Part shown: positions 1-12,300 of the stretch, piece by piece
Layout of the letters: every line of letters begins with the position of its first letter
Position numbering within the stretch: position 1 is the first letter of the stretch
Assembly (NCBI GenBank): GCA_054600435.1
Contig: BAAIJX010000009.1
Span: 558,001 to 622,000, forward strand
Length of the DNA stretch: 64,000 bases
DNA from: Neophaeotheca triangularis
Lineage: Eukaryota
Direction: 5' to 3'
The notes under the pieces: model-generated
Database searches by the model: none
What the model saw: the letters and a program-made list of their open reading frames with translations, nothing else
Told to the model about the DNA's origin: nothing
Program-made: the position numbers and the translations under genes

Positions 1-22
1 GTGCCATAGCACGGAAAGCAAC

Positions 23-1823
23 ATGGCCGGTGTAAGGAGCTCTACCACATAACCACACATCCATACAACGCAAAAGCTGACAGACTCCAAGACATCCGTC
101 CAACCCACCTTTGATCATGTCCAGAGCATCGTTGATGCCGGGAACAAACTCCCCAACGCCCCCAATCTGGTGCCAATATGCGCCTCCATGTCCTCCGAAT
201 TCCTCACTCCCTCCGCCATCTACCTCAAGATAGCCGCAAAGTCCGTTTCAAAAGAGCAGACAGCAGCATTCGGCCACATACTAATACTACTGCAGTTCTT
301 CCTCCGACTACTCGTTCCTCTTCGAGTCCGCAGCCACCACTGAGACCATTGGTCGTTACAGTTTTGTCGGCACCAACCCTCGCAAGCTCCTCCTCTCGGG
401 ACCCAAGCATGGCCTCGAAGCAGACCCTCTACCCGCTCTACAGAACGAGCTCGAGCAATATCGCGTGGCCGATGTCCCTTCACTGCGGCTTCCGCCCATG
501 ACGGGCGGCGCCATTGGTTACGTTGGCTACGACTGCGTCAAATACTTTGAGCCAAAGACAAAGCGAGACATGAAAGATGTTCTGGAAATACCGGAGAGTC
601 TGTTTATGCTATGCGACACCGTCATCGCCATGGACCACTTCTTCCAAAAAGTCCAGGTCATTACTTACGTCCACGTCCCCGGCCCCAACGTCGGCGAAGG
701 AGCCCTCCGGACCGCCTACGATCAAGCAACAAAGTCGATCCACAAGACACTATCCACACTCCGCAACCAAGAAACGCCCCTCCCACCTCAACCCCCTATT
801 ACCCTCGGCAACGACTTCACCTCCAACGTCGGCCGCTCGGGCTACGAATCCCACGTCACAAACCTAAAGCGACACATCGTAGCAGGCGATATCATCCAAG
901 CAGTTCCCTCGCAACGTATCGCCCGCCCAACCGCCCTCCACCCCTTCAACATCTATCGCCACCTCCGAACCGTCAACCCCTCCCCTTACCTCTTCTACCT
1001 CTCCCTCCGCGACTTTCAAATTATCGGCGCCTCTCCAGAACTACTCGTCAAAAAAGACCCCCTAACCTCGCGCATCATAACCCACCCAATCGCGGGCACA
1101 GTAAAACGCGGCTCAACCCCGGCCGCCGACGCAGCCCTCGCGCACTCCCTCCGCACCTCCCTCAAAGACCGTGCCGAACACGTCATGCTCGTTGACCTCG
1201 CCCGCAACGACATCAACCGAGTCTGCGACCCGCTCACAACCCGCGTAGACCGCCTAATGGTCGTGCAAAAGTTTTCGCACGTCCAACACCTGACGTCGGA
1301 AGTCAGCGGTCTGCTCCGCGCCGACAAAACCCGCTTCGACGCTTTCCGCTCCATCTTCCCGGCCGGCACCGTCAGCGGCGCCCCTAAAGTGCGCGCTATG
1401 GAACTCATCGCCGAGCTCGAGGGCGAGAAACGCGGCGTCTATGCTGGCAGCGTTGGGTATTTTGGCTACAACACTGTCACTGTCGATGGCGAGAAAGCTG
1501 GTGCCGAGGAGGAAGGGGCTATGGATACATGCATTGCGCTGAGGACTATGATGACTAAAGATGGGGTTTGCTATTTGCAGGCTGGCGGGGGGATTGTTTT
1601 CGATAGTGACGAGGGTGAGGAGTTTGAGGAGACTGTTAACAAGTTGGCTGCGAATGTTCGGTGTGTGGAGGGTGCTGAGAGGGCGGTCTGGGAGGAGCAG
1701 CGGATGGAGCAGGATGCTGGGGAGGGCATTGAGGGGGCGGAGGCGAAGGCTGTGCCCGGGGGTGAGATTGGACAGGTCAGGAAGGAGGATGGCGATGTTA
1801 AGGTTAGCTTGGGAGGTGGGTAA
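23..1823 (+). CDS. TRP2: Anthranilate synthase component I
   Basis: ATG at 23; introns ~32-91 and 241-295 (GT..CTRAY..AG). The spliced protein has FLFESA, GGAIGYVGYD, NPSPYLFY, HPIAGT, EHVMLVDLARND, FPAGTVSGAPK and QAGGGIVFDS, which are chorismate-binding motifs. Confidence 0.96.
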
Positions 1824-2477
1824 AAACTCTCCGCAATAGAAGTGTTGGCGGTGAATGTAGTCTGGAATGTCGGATGATCGAAGCTCTCGAGATCTCAACA
1901 CTTCAGCATTCCATGGACCCAAAATCTGCTAACTGTGCTTCACACTGTGTGCAGCTGAATCTTGTTGCCCACTGGGATTAATGAGACTTGCCCATCGTGT
2001 TTCTCCCGCGAGGACCATTGGATAGCAAGACTCTAGTTCTAGCGCTGGAGCTAGTTCAACAACGTCTTTTGAGTACCCCGGCGGCCTCCACACAATCTAT
2101 AGACCTGACAACTTGTGGGGTGAAATGAGGCAGACATTTCGCCCGTGACATGTCGTCGCGCCCCTATTTCTCGAGTCAAAAACACCGAGAGGCCAAAACC
2201 ACAGCCGCCAACTAGCGCCGTCTATGCTTCGACCAATCATAAGCCCAGCCGAAGCTGCCAGCCACACCCCAGCCCAGCCACGCGCAGCTCTCCTCGACTC
2301 GACTCGCTTCGCTGCCTCGGCGATGGTTTTGGTGTAAAGTACTTGCATTCGCCCAAACACAACTAAAACTACCATTTGCTCCACTCACCTCTTTGCGTGA
2401 CGTTGTTGGTATACTTGCTGTATCTTTGTGGATTAAACAGGCCATAGACAGCTTCCAGAGGGAGGCACGCAGCCATC

Positions 2478-4661
2478 ATGGCCTCGAACCCACGACCCTA
2501 CCCTCGCTCCCATTCCTCAGCGACCTCATCCTCGCGCTCTTCGCACTCGCCCTCTCCCTCGCTCCAAAACCAGATCCAATCCCAAACTCAACCTCAAAGT
2601 GCCGCGTCGAAAAAATTGCAAACCGAGCACCCCCACTTCCCTCCCGCCCAAGCACCCACACCCTCCCCAACGCCCTCCCCCTCCCTCCCACGCTCTCACT
2701 CCCAACTCTCGACCCGCACCACCCACACCCCGAACAATTCCAAAGACCCCGACTGGCACTTTCCCGGCCCCTCCAGCAAATACCATACCCGCGCTCTTTC
2801 TCGGCCGGAGTTATCGACACTGCGGGCGCGGAGTTCGGGGGTTACGAGGCCTGTTGGGCCGAGCTTGGAAAGTGGGAGGCGGGTGCATAGAAGGGCTTTG
2901 ACGGGGTTTGGGGGTGAGAGTGGTGCTGGTGTTGGTGGAGAGGGGAGTAAGAGGGGCAGGTTGGAGGCGCTTGGGAAGAATGGGACGCCAATGACGCCAG
3001 TGGGTAAGGGATTGGGGTTGTCCGGGGTGGAGGATGGGGTGAGGGCTTCGCCTTTTAGTGATTATTTTACTGATGACGGGCGGTCGCCGGGGTTTGGGGA
3101 TGGGAAGGCTGGGGTGCAGAGGTTGTTGGTTAGGTTGAATGAAGTCGGGGCTATGGTTTTGAGACTGGGGGAGGAAGTTCGGGGAGGAGAAGAGGGAGAG
3201 GTGGGGAGGGTGGTGGAGAGGAAGGTTGGCGAGTTGGAGAGGGAGTTGGAGGGGCTTTCGGTGGGTCGTGACGTTAGGGGAGCGGAGGCTGACGGTGTCG
3301 GGGATAGTGGCATTTTCATGCGCGAAGATGAGAGCCCGAGTCAGAGGGCTAGGCGGTCTGCGAAGAGGGCGGATGGCGTTGAGGATGGTTTGCTTTCCAG
3401 CTCGCCTACAAAAGCCACCCGGGATTCGGAGCGCTTGCTCACCACGGCCCGTGATGTTCTCAATCGCGTCACCTTTGCACAGGAAGAGCTAAGGTCTCGT
3501 CACGATGAGCTGCAGCAATTACACGCCACCCACAACATTGAGCTCGAGGATCGCGAACAGGCTATTGAGACGCTTCGAGCGGAGAACGAGCAACTCAAAG
3601 CTGATCTCGGTTTCGGGCGCAGCGAATTGCTCTTCCTGAAACTCCAGCTCGAGGGCTTGAAAGTGGAAGTCGGAGAGGTGGGCGCACTGAGCGGCAAAGC
3701 GAGAGCGCAGTTGGAAAAGGGGTTCAAATTCTTGCGTGAAGATTGGAAAGCAGTGGAAGGCCGTTTCAAGCAACGCGCGCACGAAGATGGCGCGGAAAAC
3801 CTCGACGACAGCACCGATAACGACGGCGCCGCTACCGACTGGCGCGTCTCCCTCCACCGCGAGCATTCTGGCAGAGTGCAGCGTGTGTCCGCCATTCGAC
3901 GAGTTGCTCCGGCCGCCGAGACGGAAGCCGTCGACACCGCAGTACCTGACCACGACAACCACACCCAACGCCCCGCTCTCCCAACCCGCGACTCCAGTTG
4001 CCAAACCCACGCTTTCCTCTTCCGCGCCAAGTCGAGCCTAAACGCCAACTCCAACTCCAACTCCATCGAGCCGCACGCCGACAAAGCACCCGCCAGCCCC
4101 GTTTTGGCGGCGAAGAGGAGTCCTGCTAATACGGACGTGCAGACTGAGTCTGGTAATTTGGCTTTGCGATCTCGAAGCGGTGATGGTGAGGAGGGGCCGG
4201 AAGTAAGGGATCAAGATGGCGGCGCGGGGGCGAAGGTCGTGCTGCAGCCGGAGGTTGGAGAGGATCTGGGTGCTTGGGTTACTGCTGATTTTGATGAGGG
4301 GGAGGAGTTGGGGGTAGGTGTTGCTGCTGCTAAGCGTCGAACTGAAGAGGATGAGCACGAGGAGGAAGAAGAAGATGAAGAAGAAGATGAAGAAGATGAA
4401 GAAGAAGATGATGATAATAATGATGATGATGAGAAGGAGGAGGAGGAGGATGATGCCGAGCAAAAGGCCGAGGACGAAGAAGAAACCAGAACAGCGATTG
4501 CCGCCGCGCGCGATCAAGACGAGCCTACCATCTCCTCCCAACCCGTAACAGACCCTGTCCACGAGAAGACCAAGACCAAGACCAAGACCGCGTGGCAGGA
4601 ACTCTGGGATAGTCTAGGCAACCTCGCTGGTATGGGGGAGGGCGAGGAGGATTCGGAGTAA
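2478..4661 (+). CDS. Hypothetical protein (727 aa) with coiled-coil core and acidic C-terminal tract
   Basis: Long single ORF with heptad-like segments (LQQLHATHNIELEDREQAIETLRAENEQL), a D/E-rich run at ~4340-4480 and a C-terminal KTAWQELWDSL motif. No recognisable catalytic domain. Confidence 0.75.
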   Translation: MASNPRPYPRSHSSATSSSRSSHSPSPSLQNQIQSQTQPQSAASKKLQTEHPHFPPAQAPTPSPTPSPSLPRSHSQLSTRTTHTPNNSKDPDWHFPGPSSKYHTRALSRPELSTLRARSSGVTRPVGPSLESGRRVHRRALTGFGGESGAGVGGEGSKRGRLEALGKNGTPMTPVGKGLGLSGVEDGVRASPFSDYFTDDGRSPGFGDGKAGVQRLLVRLNEVGAMVLRLGEEVRGGEEGEVGRVVERKVGELERELEGLSVGRDVRGAEADGVGDSGIFMREDESPSQRARRSAKRADGVEDGLLSSSPTKATRDSERLLTTARDVLNRVTFAQEELRSRHDELQQLHATHNIELEDREQAIETLRAENEQLKADLGFGRSELLFLKLQLEGLKVEVGEVGALSGKARAQLEKGFKFLREDWKAVEGRFKQRAHEDGAENLDDSTDNDGAATDWRVSLHREHSGRVQRVSAIRRVAPAAETEAVDTAVPDHDNHTQRPALPTRDSSCQTHAFLFRAKSSLNANSNSNSIEPHADKAPASPVLAAKRSPANTDVQTESGNLALRSRSGDGEEGPEVRDQDGGAGAKVVLQPEVGEDLGAWVTADFDEGEELGVGVAAAKRRTEEDEHEEEEEDEEEDEEDEEEDDDNNDDDEKEEEEDDAEQKAEDEEETRTAIAAARDQDEPTISSQPVTDPVHEKTKTKTKTAWQELWDSLGNLAGMGEGEEDSE

Positions 4662-5592
4662 GCTGGATTTTTATTAAGTGTGGAAGAGGGTGTGGAGTCT
4701 TGGTGCTGTTTTGTTAGAGCCTCGAGCTGGAGCTTGCGTGCCTTGACTTTTTGGCTGGGTTCTGGTGACCTTTTGGATACCCGATTATCGCACGTGCGTT
4801 GTTTCTAGTACTGGGGGGAGTTTTTTCTTCTTCTGTAAATGGGATGGGGTAGATGGGATAGAGACTATAGTGTAGTGTAGATAGCGGACGCGAGTCCTTA
4901 CTACAATGTGTAGCAAGTTGGATTCCTCCTAGGCAGCCTACCACTCTCGTTCAAGGAGGCTTTTGATAATCTCCTACCAACTGCATGATCTGGGGGATTG
5001 CTGGTCGCTTGCCAACGTGAGCGATCCCACTGCTAGTATGCTGACTTGGATATTCTGCAGGCTTGATAAGGAGGCTATAGTAGTCAGATTAAACCCCAGC
5101 GTGCTCTTTGGCGCATCATCCACGGCCTCTCGATGGTGGAGGATGTAGGGATGATGTACGAACCCGTGGACGGGTCGAGAGACGTTAGGCCTGAGTTGCA
5201 TATCTAGCGCTTCGTATATCTGGTCAACGGTTACCGACGCATGTCCCAAAGAGGCAGTCTATTTTGTGTGGCTTGGGCTTCGTCACTTCCAGCCAGGGCG
5301 GCTCATGGTCAAACAGTCGGGTCGGCTTGAAACACGTTCCCATATCGTACTCTACGCTACCTTTTACTCTTCCTGCTCTGTTGACTATCCTCCCCTACCC
5401 TTCTTACGCTCTTTCGTGTAAACTCGCAACCAATCGATCAAAGCAGAAGTCACGAGAAACCGCGGTGAGTTCAACACGCATTCCACGCTACCGCCGCCAT
5501 CACCAAGCTGACGGCAGGAATGTTTTAAAGTCACTCGCTGGAACCATCGAGACACGAACGCAGGAGGAACAGTACAAAAGAAGAGGCCCGCC

Positions 5593-6638
5593 ATGACCTC
5601 CTTCATCCAAACAATGTTCGTACACGGCTCCCCCCCTCACAGCCAGTACCCCCAGTCGCCCAAACCACTGCCCGCCCTTCACTCGAATATCCTCGCCGAG
5701 TCGGAATCCTGCATGCATCTGCCCTATCCCGCCAGTCCGCAATCAAGCTACAAATCTCCTCTGCAAAAGCACATACTCGAGACGTTTGAGGAGGACGGCG
5801 GGCAGCACAGGTTCTCCTCTTCACGCGCGGGACAAGAAATACGGCAGCGCGAGACTCATCGTGGCTTGTTTGCAGGTTGGCAAGATGTGAGCAACAAGGC
5901 TGACCTTTTGACGCGCAGCAACAGCAATGCGCGGAACAGGACGGCTTTCCAGCCGCAGAAGCGCGCCAAGGGTACCAATAGCTGGCAGCTGAAGCAGTTT
6001 GCTGAGGCTACGTTGGGGAGTGGAAGTTTGAGGAAGGTGGTGCAGCTACCGGAGGGTGAGGACAGGGACGAGTGGCTGGCTGTGAACGGTAAGCATGATA
6101 ATTACTTGTTCCCCCACCTACTTTGAGGGTCAATGCTAATGGAAATGTCACAGTCGTCGACTTCTACAACCAAATCAACCTCCTCTACGGCGCCATAACT
6201 GAATTCTGCTCCCCGCAAACCTGCCCCGAGATGAAAGCAACCGACGAGTTCGAATACCTCTGGCACGACCCGCCCACCTACCCGAAACCCACGCGCCTCC
6301 CAGCTCCCTCCTACGTGTCCTCCCTGCTCACCTGGACCAGCAACCACTTCTCCAACCCGGCCATTTTCCCCACTCACCCAGGCGTCCCCTTCCCGCAAGA
6401 TTTCGAGAAGACAATACGCCAGATTTTCAAGCGCTTGTACCGCATCTACGCCCACATTTACTGTCACCATTACAGTGTTATTAGGGGTTTGGGGCTCGAG
6501 GCGCATCTAAACACGGGATTTAAGCATTATGTCCTGTTTGTGGAGGAGTTCGGATTGGCGGAGGAGAAGGGCGGGAAGAAGGGGGAGTGGTATGGTCCGC
6601 TCGGAGAGTTGGTTGAAAGTATGCTGCGGAGCGAGTAG
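5593..6638 (+). CDS. MOB1: Mob1-family NDR kinase co-activator
   Basis: Exons 5593-5615, 5919-6088 and 6154-6638. Motifs [57 protein letters not shown] and HLNT. Probable 5' UTR intron at ~5465-5517. Confidence 0.95.
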
Positions 6639-7338
6639 GGAGAATTGTACGGGGCATCTGATGCTTGCTGGGTTCTGGCGTTTATGCGGTGGGCGGGTAA
6701 TGATCACGAGCGAGGTCACGCAGGCCTTCCACGGGCTGGGAATATGAGATTTGCCATGGACTGGAGTTTGGGATCCGGTTGTTTAGAAATGCCGTAGCGA
6801 ATCGTATTCTCTAACGGCAGGCAAGTCAGGCGGAACAGTCAGCCATACCAATTCACTTGCATTGCTCGATTTATGCAGACAACACCCGATACACAGCTGG
6901 TGGTCCGTGCTATATTTATCCTCTGACCTCACCTCTTCACGTCGAGCGACGCTGATGGCCCATTTTGCATATTTCTAATCGAACAATGTGACTTGAGCGA
7001 CTTGTCCAGAGACACACGGCGCTGGTCGCCAAAGCCTCGGTCGACTATCTTGCGATGCTAACTGGCACTCTGCTACTGTTGACTGGGTAGATGGTACCTG
7101 CGAACTCTAGTCACTCTCTTCCCCCACCTTCGGCTGTCTAGACCCCTCTGATGTAATTGAAATTGGTCCGCGGTCAACATCCATTTCTCAAAATTAGTGA
7201 GTAGTTCTTATAAAGATCCATCAAAGAACGTGTCAAGATAGTATTATCCAGCTCCCTTCCATACTCCTATCCTGCTTTACACACCTTCTCGCCCAACAGG
7301 CCTCCTCGAACCAATCACACAGTCAACGACCACCAAAC

Positions 7339-8343
7339 ATGTCTCTCATCCACTTCGACTACGGCAAGCCCAGCCCCTCCATCCACCATCCCCCTCCTCC
7401 CCAACTAACCCCCCACCCCAAGACTTCTCCCCCTACGCCCAAAAAACCAAACTCCTCCTAACCGCCAGCGGCCTGACGTACAAAAAATGCGACCAACCCA
7501 TGGTCCTCCCACGCCCCGACCTCGAAAAACTCGGCATAACCTACCGGCGCATCCCGGTCCTCGCAATCGGCCGCGACGTCTACTGCGACTCGGCCCTCAT
7601 AATCTCCACAGCCCTCTCCAAGCTCGGCGGCAGCCTCCCAACTTCGCCCTCGGACGCGGCTTTCCAGGACTGGGGCAACGTGGTTTTCCAAGGCGTCATT
7701 GCCACGATACCGCAAACGGCGCTGGAGCCGGGTTTCGTCAACGATCGCGCGAGCATTTTCCCCGCGATCAAGAGGCCGGATTTCGCGAGTTTGCGGCCTT
7801 CAGCGCTCGCCGAGTTTAGGGCCAGGTGTCGGCAGGTCGAGGAGGTCTTCTTGGCCAATGGTCCGTTTGTTGGCGGTGAGAGGTTGAGTGTGGCTGATGT
7901 TCATGTCGTGTGGGTTTTGCGCTGGGCGTTGAGGGATTTGGGCGTTGCCCGGGAGCCCGGGTTTGGGAAGGAGAGTTTTCCCAAAATGTGGCGGCTAATC
8001 GAGGGATTGCCTGAGCCGAGGCCGGAAGTTTTGGGGAGTGAGGAGGCGATTGAGGCGGTTAGGAATGGTGGGGATGGAGCGACTGGGATTGAGATTGATG
8101 GGATGGATCCTTTGGGTATTGAGAAGGGGGCTCAGGTTACAGTTGAGAGTTCGGAGTGAGTTTCTCTCATACCCGCAGTAGGGAGTTGTTTTTTGCTGAC
8201 CTTGATGTTTTAGTGCGGAGCCCGGCAAGCACCCTCAAGCTGGCAAATTGATCGGCACGAGCATCGACGAGGTTGTCCTCGAGCTGCCGACGGGTGTGCG
8301 CTTGCACTTCCCCAGAATCGGCTACATTGTGCGCAAGCAGTAG
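7339..8343 (+). CDS. Glutathione S-transferase-family protein
   Basis: Exons 7339-7363, 7423-8155 and 8214-8343. N-terminal FSPYAQK...PRPDL...YRRIPVLAIGRDVYCDS, a C-domain LSVADVH and a terminal VRLHFPRIGY. The first intron needs a GC donor. Confidence 0.88.
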
Positions 8344-8704
8344 ACTGCGTCGCGAGCAAGATAAGCTTCCAAACAGACCTCGCATAGATTGCTTTTCGCC
8401 GCTATCACATTCCTTCATTCTCCCTCCATTCTCTTGAGCCCCTAGATCAATTCTTCTTCTCTTCGACCGTGCTTTCCATTCTACGACCCTGTAAAGTTCG
8501 CGACGTCTTTCGAAGGTACCCGGGAATGTTCCGAGGCACCCGATGCTGCCGCCCGCTAGCCGCTTCAGCTGGCAAGCCGTCCGTGTTGGATCACTAAAGG
8601 GTTTTTGTGAATTTGGCACATAGAGAAATTCTGTTTAGATTATTTACAGTCGAACAGCAAAGGTGGCCACATACGACCACAGCTCAGTGAATCTAAGGCA
8701 TCCA

Positions 8705-8752
8705 CAATATTACTACGGCTCGCGGCGAAGCCGTGTGGCCGTAGTGATATTG
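8705..8752. repeat. Near-perfect 48-nt inverted repeat (hairpin)
   Basis: CAATATTACTACGGCT-CGCGGC-GAA-GCCGTG-T-GGCCGTAGTGATATTG: about 22 bp of stem with only G:T wobbles and one bulge. Confidence 0.8.
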
Positions 8753-8905
8753 CCATTTTAGCACGCTTACTAACTAAAGGTACTTCCGTACCTACCTACA
8801 CCTTACCTAGGTACTACGCTACTACGCTACTACCTCGATACGGGACAGCTACCCTACCTACCTTTTGCTCTGCCATATTCAAGCACTGAAGCGGGTGACT
8901 AGTAC

Positions 8906-9002
8906 TACGGTGGGTGACCACGTGGGAATCCCACCTGTTGTATGTTTTTTATTTTTTTATTTTTAATCTTTTTCCAAATTTTCATCCCCATAACCCACCG
9001 TA
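8906..9002. mobile_element. Possible MITE-like miniature element
   Basis: TA-CGGTGGGT (8906-8915) and ACCCACCG-TA (8993-9002) are inverted termini including flanking TA. They enclose a GTGGGAATCCCAC hairpin and a T-rich tract. Confidence 0.3.
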
Positions 9003-9349
9003 TGCTGGGAAACCGCCTGTATATTGTAGTTAGCAGAGTCAACGACCTCTAGCCTCGACTCGAGATGAGTATTTGCGCGCGCTTGAGTTTAGCCAGCAAG
9101 AGCAGGGTTATTGACGGAGCACGCTGAACCGGTAAATAGAAAAAGAACACAGCTTATGGCAGACAGGGTGCAAGCAGCTGATAGCAGCAACAAGAGGGGC
9201 GAAAAACCGGGAAATCAGCTATACACAGGATCATCACCCAAAAGCCTCTAACCGAACCCTTCAATCCAATCCCGCACACATATCAACCCCGGTCCCAACC
9301 ATATCTACACCACCCAAACCTAGCCCCTTGGCCCAAAAACGTCTTACGC

Positions 9350-12300
9350 TTACCACCCCAACCCCTCCCGCCTCCACTCTATCCCCACCTCCTTCTCCCC
9401 CTCGACAGCCGGATAAACAAGCCTCACAACCTCCTCGGCCCTGTCCAAGACGCTCTCATACTCCTTCCGACAAGCAGTCTGCACCAACTCCACCAACCCT
9501 CTCGAAAGACTCGGCTCATCCGCGTCGCCGAAATGCTTCTCGATTCGTTTTTTCAGAGTCTCGACGCCTTTGCGGAGTTCACGCGACTCGTGCTGCGAGA
9601 GGAGGTTGCGCATGGTTTTGCGGGAATAGGAGGGGCGCTGGGCGAGAGTTTGCGGGAGAGTGGTGGGGGGGAGGGTGGTGAGCAGGGAGGTGAGGGAGTC
9701 GAGGTAGTCCTTGGGTCATGTCAGCAAGTCGAAGCTTTGGACGGTGATGAGTTTTTCTTACTATCAGTTTCCCCAACGGCCGGCGCAGGACCTGCGCCAC
9801 GTAGCCCTTGAGCGCTTCATCACGCTCGAGCAGCGCTTTGCCGCGCCATTCGCTTAACACCGCTGAGTTGCCGCCCGCGTCGTCGACCTCTTCTACGTAG
9901 TGGTTCATATTCTCGATTAGTAGAACGTGGTAGTTGAGAAGTTCCTTTTGCTCGGCCTCGTCGGCAGCGCCTGCGACAGCTGCGCCTGAGGGTCTTCCGC
10001 CACCACCCACTGCTTGCGAGCCGGGAGACTCCTTGGCAATAACTTTGAGGCTATCGAACATGGCCCTGTTGATACGGGTATAGGCTTCGTCGAGCACGAC
10101 GCGGACGTTGGAGACGCAAGCGGCGCGGGCTTCGTAGTCGCGACCCGCGACGGCCGCGAAGACGTTTTCGACGCTTGCGGAAAAGTAGGGGAAGATTTTC
10201 ATGAAGGCGATGACACCTTTGCGTTTCTTGATCTTGACTTTGGTGTCCTCGATGGCGCGGATTTGGTCGTCGACGAATTTTGTGAAGAGCGTTTGCAAGC
10301 GGTTTGAGAGGGTTATGAAGAGCTGGTGGAGGAATTCTTGGCTGCTTTCGGCGGTGTAGAAGGCGTGTTTGGATAAGCTGGCGAGGACGCCCACGCCTTG
10401 GATTGGGTCCGTCGCGATTGTCCAGTCGAGAAGGGAGCCGATCTCGCTTGCGAAAGGGGCGAAGATTTCTTCCATGATAGAGGTGAGTTTGCGGGCTAGG
10501 TCGCGGTTGGGTTCGGTAGGTTTCTGCTCAAGGAGGTAGGTACCGCTGCGGTTTTCGGGAGGGGCGGCGGAGACGGCGTCGAGGAAGTCGAGGCTGGTGA
10601 GAGAGGTACATTGGAAAAGATCGACCATGAAGTTTTGCTCCATGCTTATCAGGGGCGCCATCTCGTCTAATGCACGGCCAAAGACTTCCGAGGGCATCAT
10701 GGCGCCGGGTTTTGCCGTGGTTGAGGAGAGCTGCTTGGACTCGCTGGTTGCCCGTAGAGTCTTGGCAAGAGTCTGGCTACGCTTGACGGTGATTTTGCGC
10801 GCGGTGCTGCTAAGACCGCCGTCTGTGGCATCTTTCTCTTGCGTTGTGAATAACATGTCCGCCTCATCGCCCGTAGGCTTGCGAACAGCACGCTTCCAGT
10901 TGGAAATGTTTGTCGAAAAGGTGTTCGTATAAAGCGGTTTGGCCCGGGTATGGTACATGCGCATCAAAGTGTTCCAAGCGGGTTGGTTCATCTCCTTTGT
11001 GAAAAGAATAAGTGGCCCATAAGCCCAAAGACCGCTTCTCGCAGCGGCGAAAGCATCCTTGTTGAGCTGATGAGGGCCGGCGGTCGAAGGTTGTAGGGCG
11101 CGATCTCTAGCAGTATTGAGAGCGGTATTGAAAGTCAGGTCGAGATGCTGCATCAGTCTCTGGCAGAAGTTGGCAGCCTCGCGCTCGTAATCGCTACGCT
11201 TCGCCTTGAGCGCAACCATACGGCCAAGCTCCATCTCGTTAGACCTTGACTTGGGCCTGCCAGCGACAGCTCGAATAGTAGGGTCGATCGTCAACATAGC
11301 TTGGTAAAGCCTGACGAGGCTCTTTTCAACTTCGGCAATGCCTGTTCTGTCGCTCAGGTCTTCCGACTTGAGCGGGCCCAGCACCCTCTTATCCAGCGAC
11401 ATCGTGTCCATCAAAGAATGTAATTCACCTTGCAAGAGCTTTTGGTTGGCACTCTGAACCTGCAGACCCTGCGACTGGGCTTCGACAAAAGCAATATCAT
11501 CATTCAGAGAAGACAGCTCGACACTGTAGAGTGTCAGAAGCCCCTCCAATTCATCGCATTCAGCGATAGCTTTGTCAAGCAAGCCCTCTACCTGCGCGAC
11601 CTTGCCATCTCGCGCTTCGTCAGTCTGCGATAACCATGTACCCGCCTCAGCACGGCCGAGTTCGCGTTTGATCGACATTTCAAAGTCCGATAGCTGTTTC
11701 GTGCCCAGTGCGCTGTCGTTCCAACCGTAATCAGACAAAGCGTAGTCGAAGTCCAGTCCCTTGCCAGCAAGGAGCGAGCTATCGACGCCCAAGCTTGCGA
11801 TATACTTCTCCTGTTGATTGGAACGACGCTTGAATTTGGTTGCTGGTTTGCGAGGTTCCTGCTGCTCGGGCTGTTCTTTCTCTTCCTTAGGTGGCTGCTC
11901 AACAATAGGTTCGTCTTTCAATTCAACCCGCTCATGCAAGTCGGAAACGGACCGCTGCTGGTCTTGTGGAGGCGAAGTCGGTGAGGTGACTTCGAGTTTG
12001 GGAGCATCTTGCGAGACAGATGGCTTAATGGCGTTGTCGGCAGGTGTGCTGGGCCTGCTTTCCTCTTGTGTCCCTTGCCTCGTGGCAGGCCGCGGCACGA
12101 CAGCCGTGATTCCGTCCGGCTCAGCGCCTGCCTCGCGGTCGGCTTTGGCTTTGAGGATGCGTTCGGCGGCGCCTCCAGGTCTTGGTTTGAAAGCATTGGC
12201 AGCGGTGGCGGCTTTCTTGAATCGATCGGCTGCTCGCTGCTTTTTGATCATTGGACCGAGACCAGGTCGGTATTCGTCTCCTGTGGCTCCTTCTTCGGTA

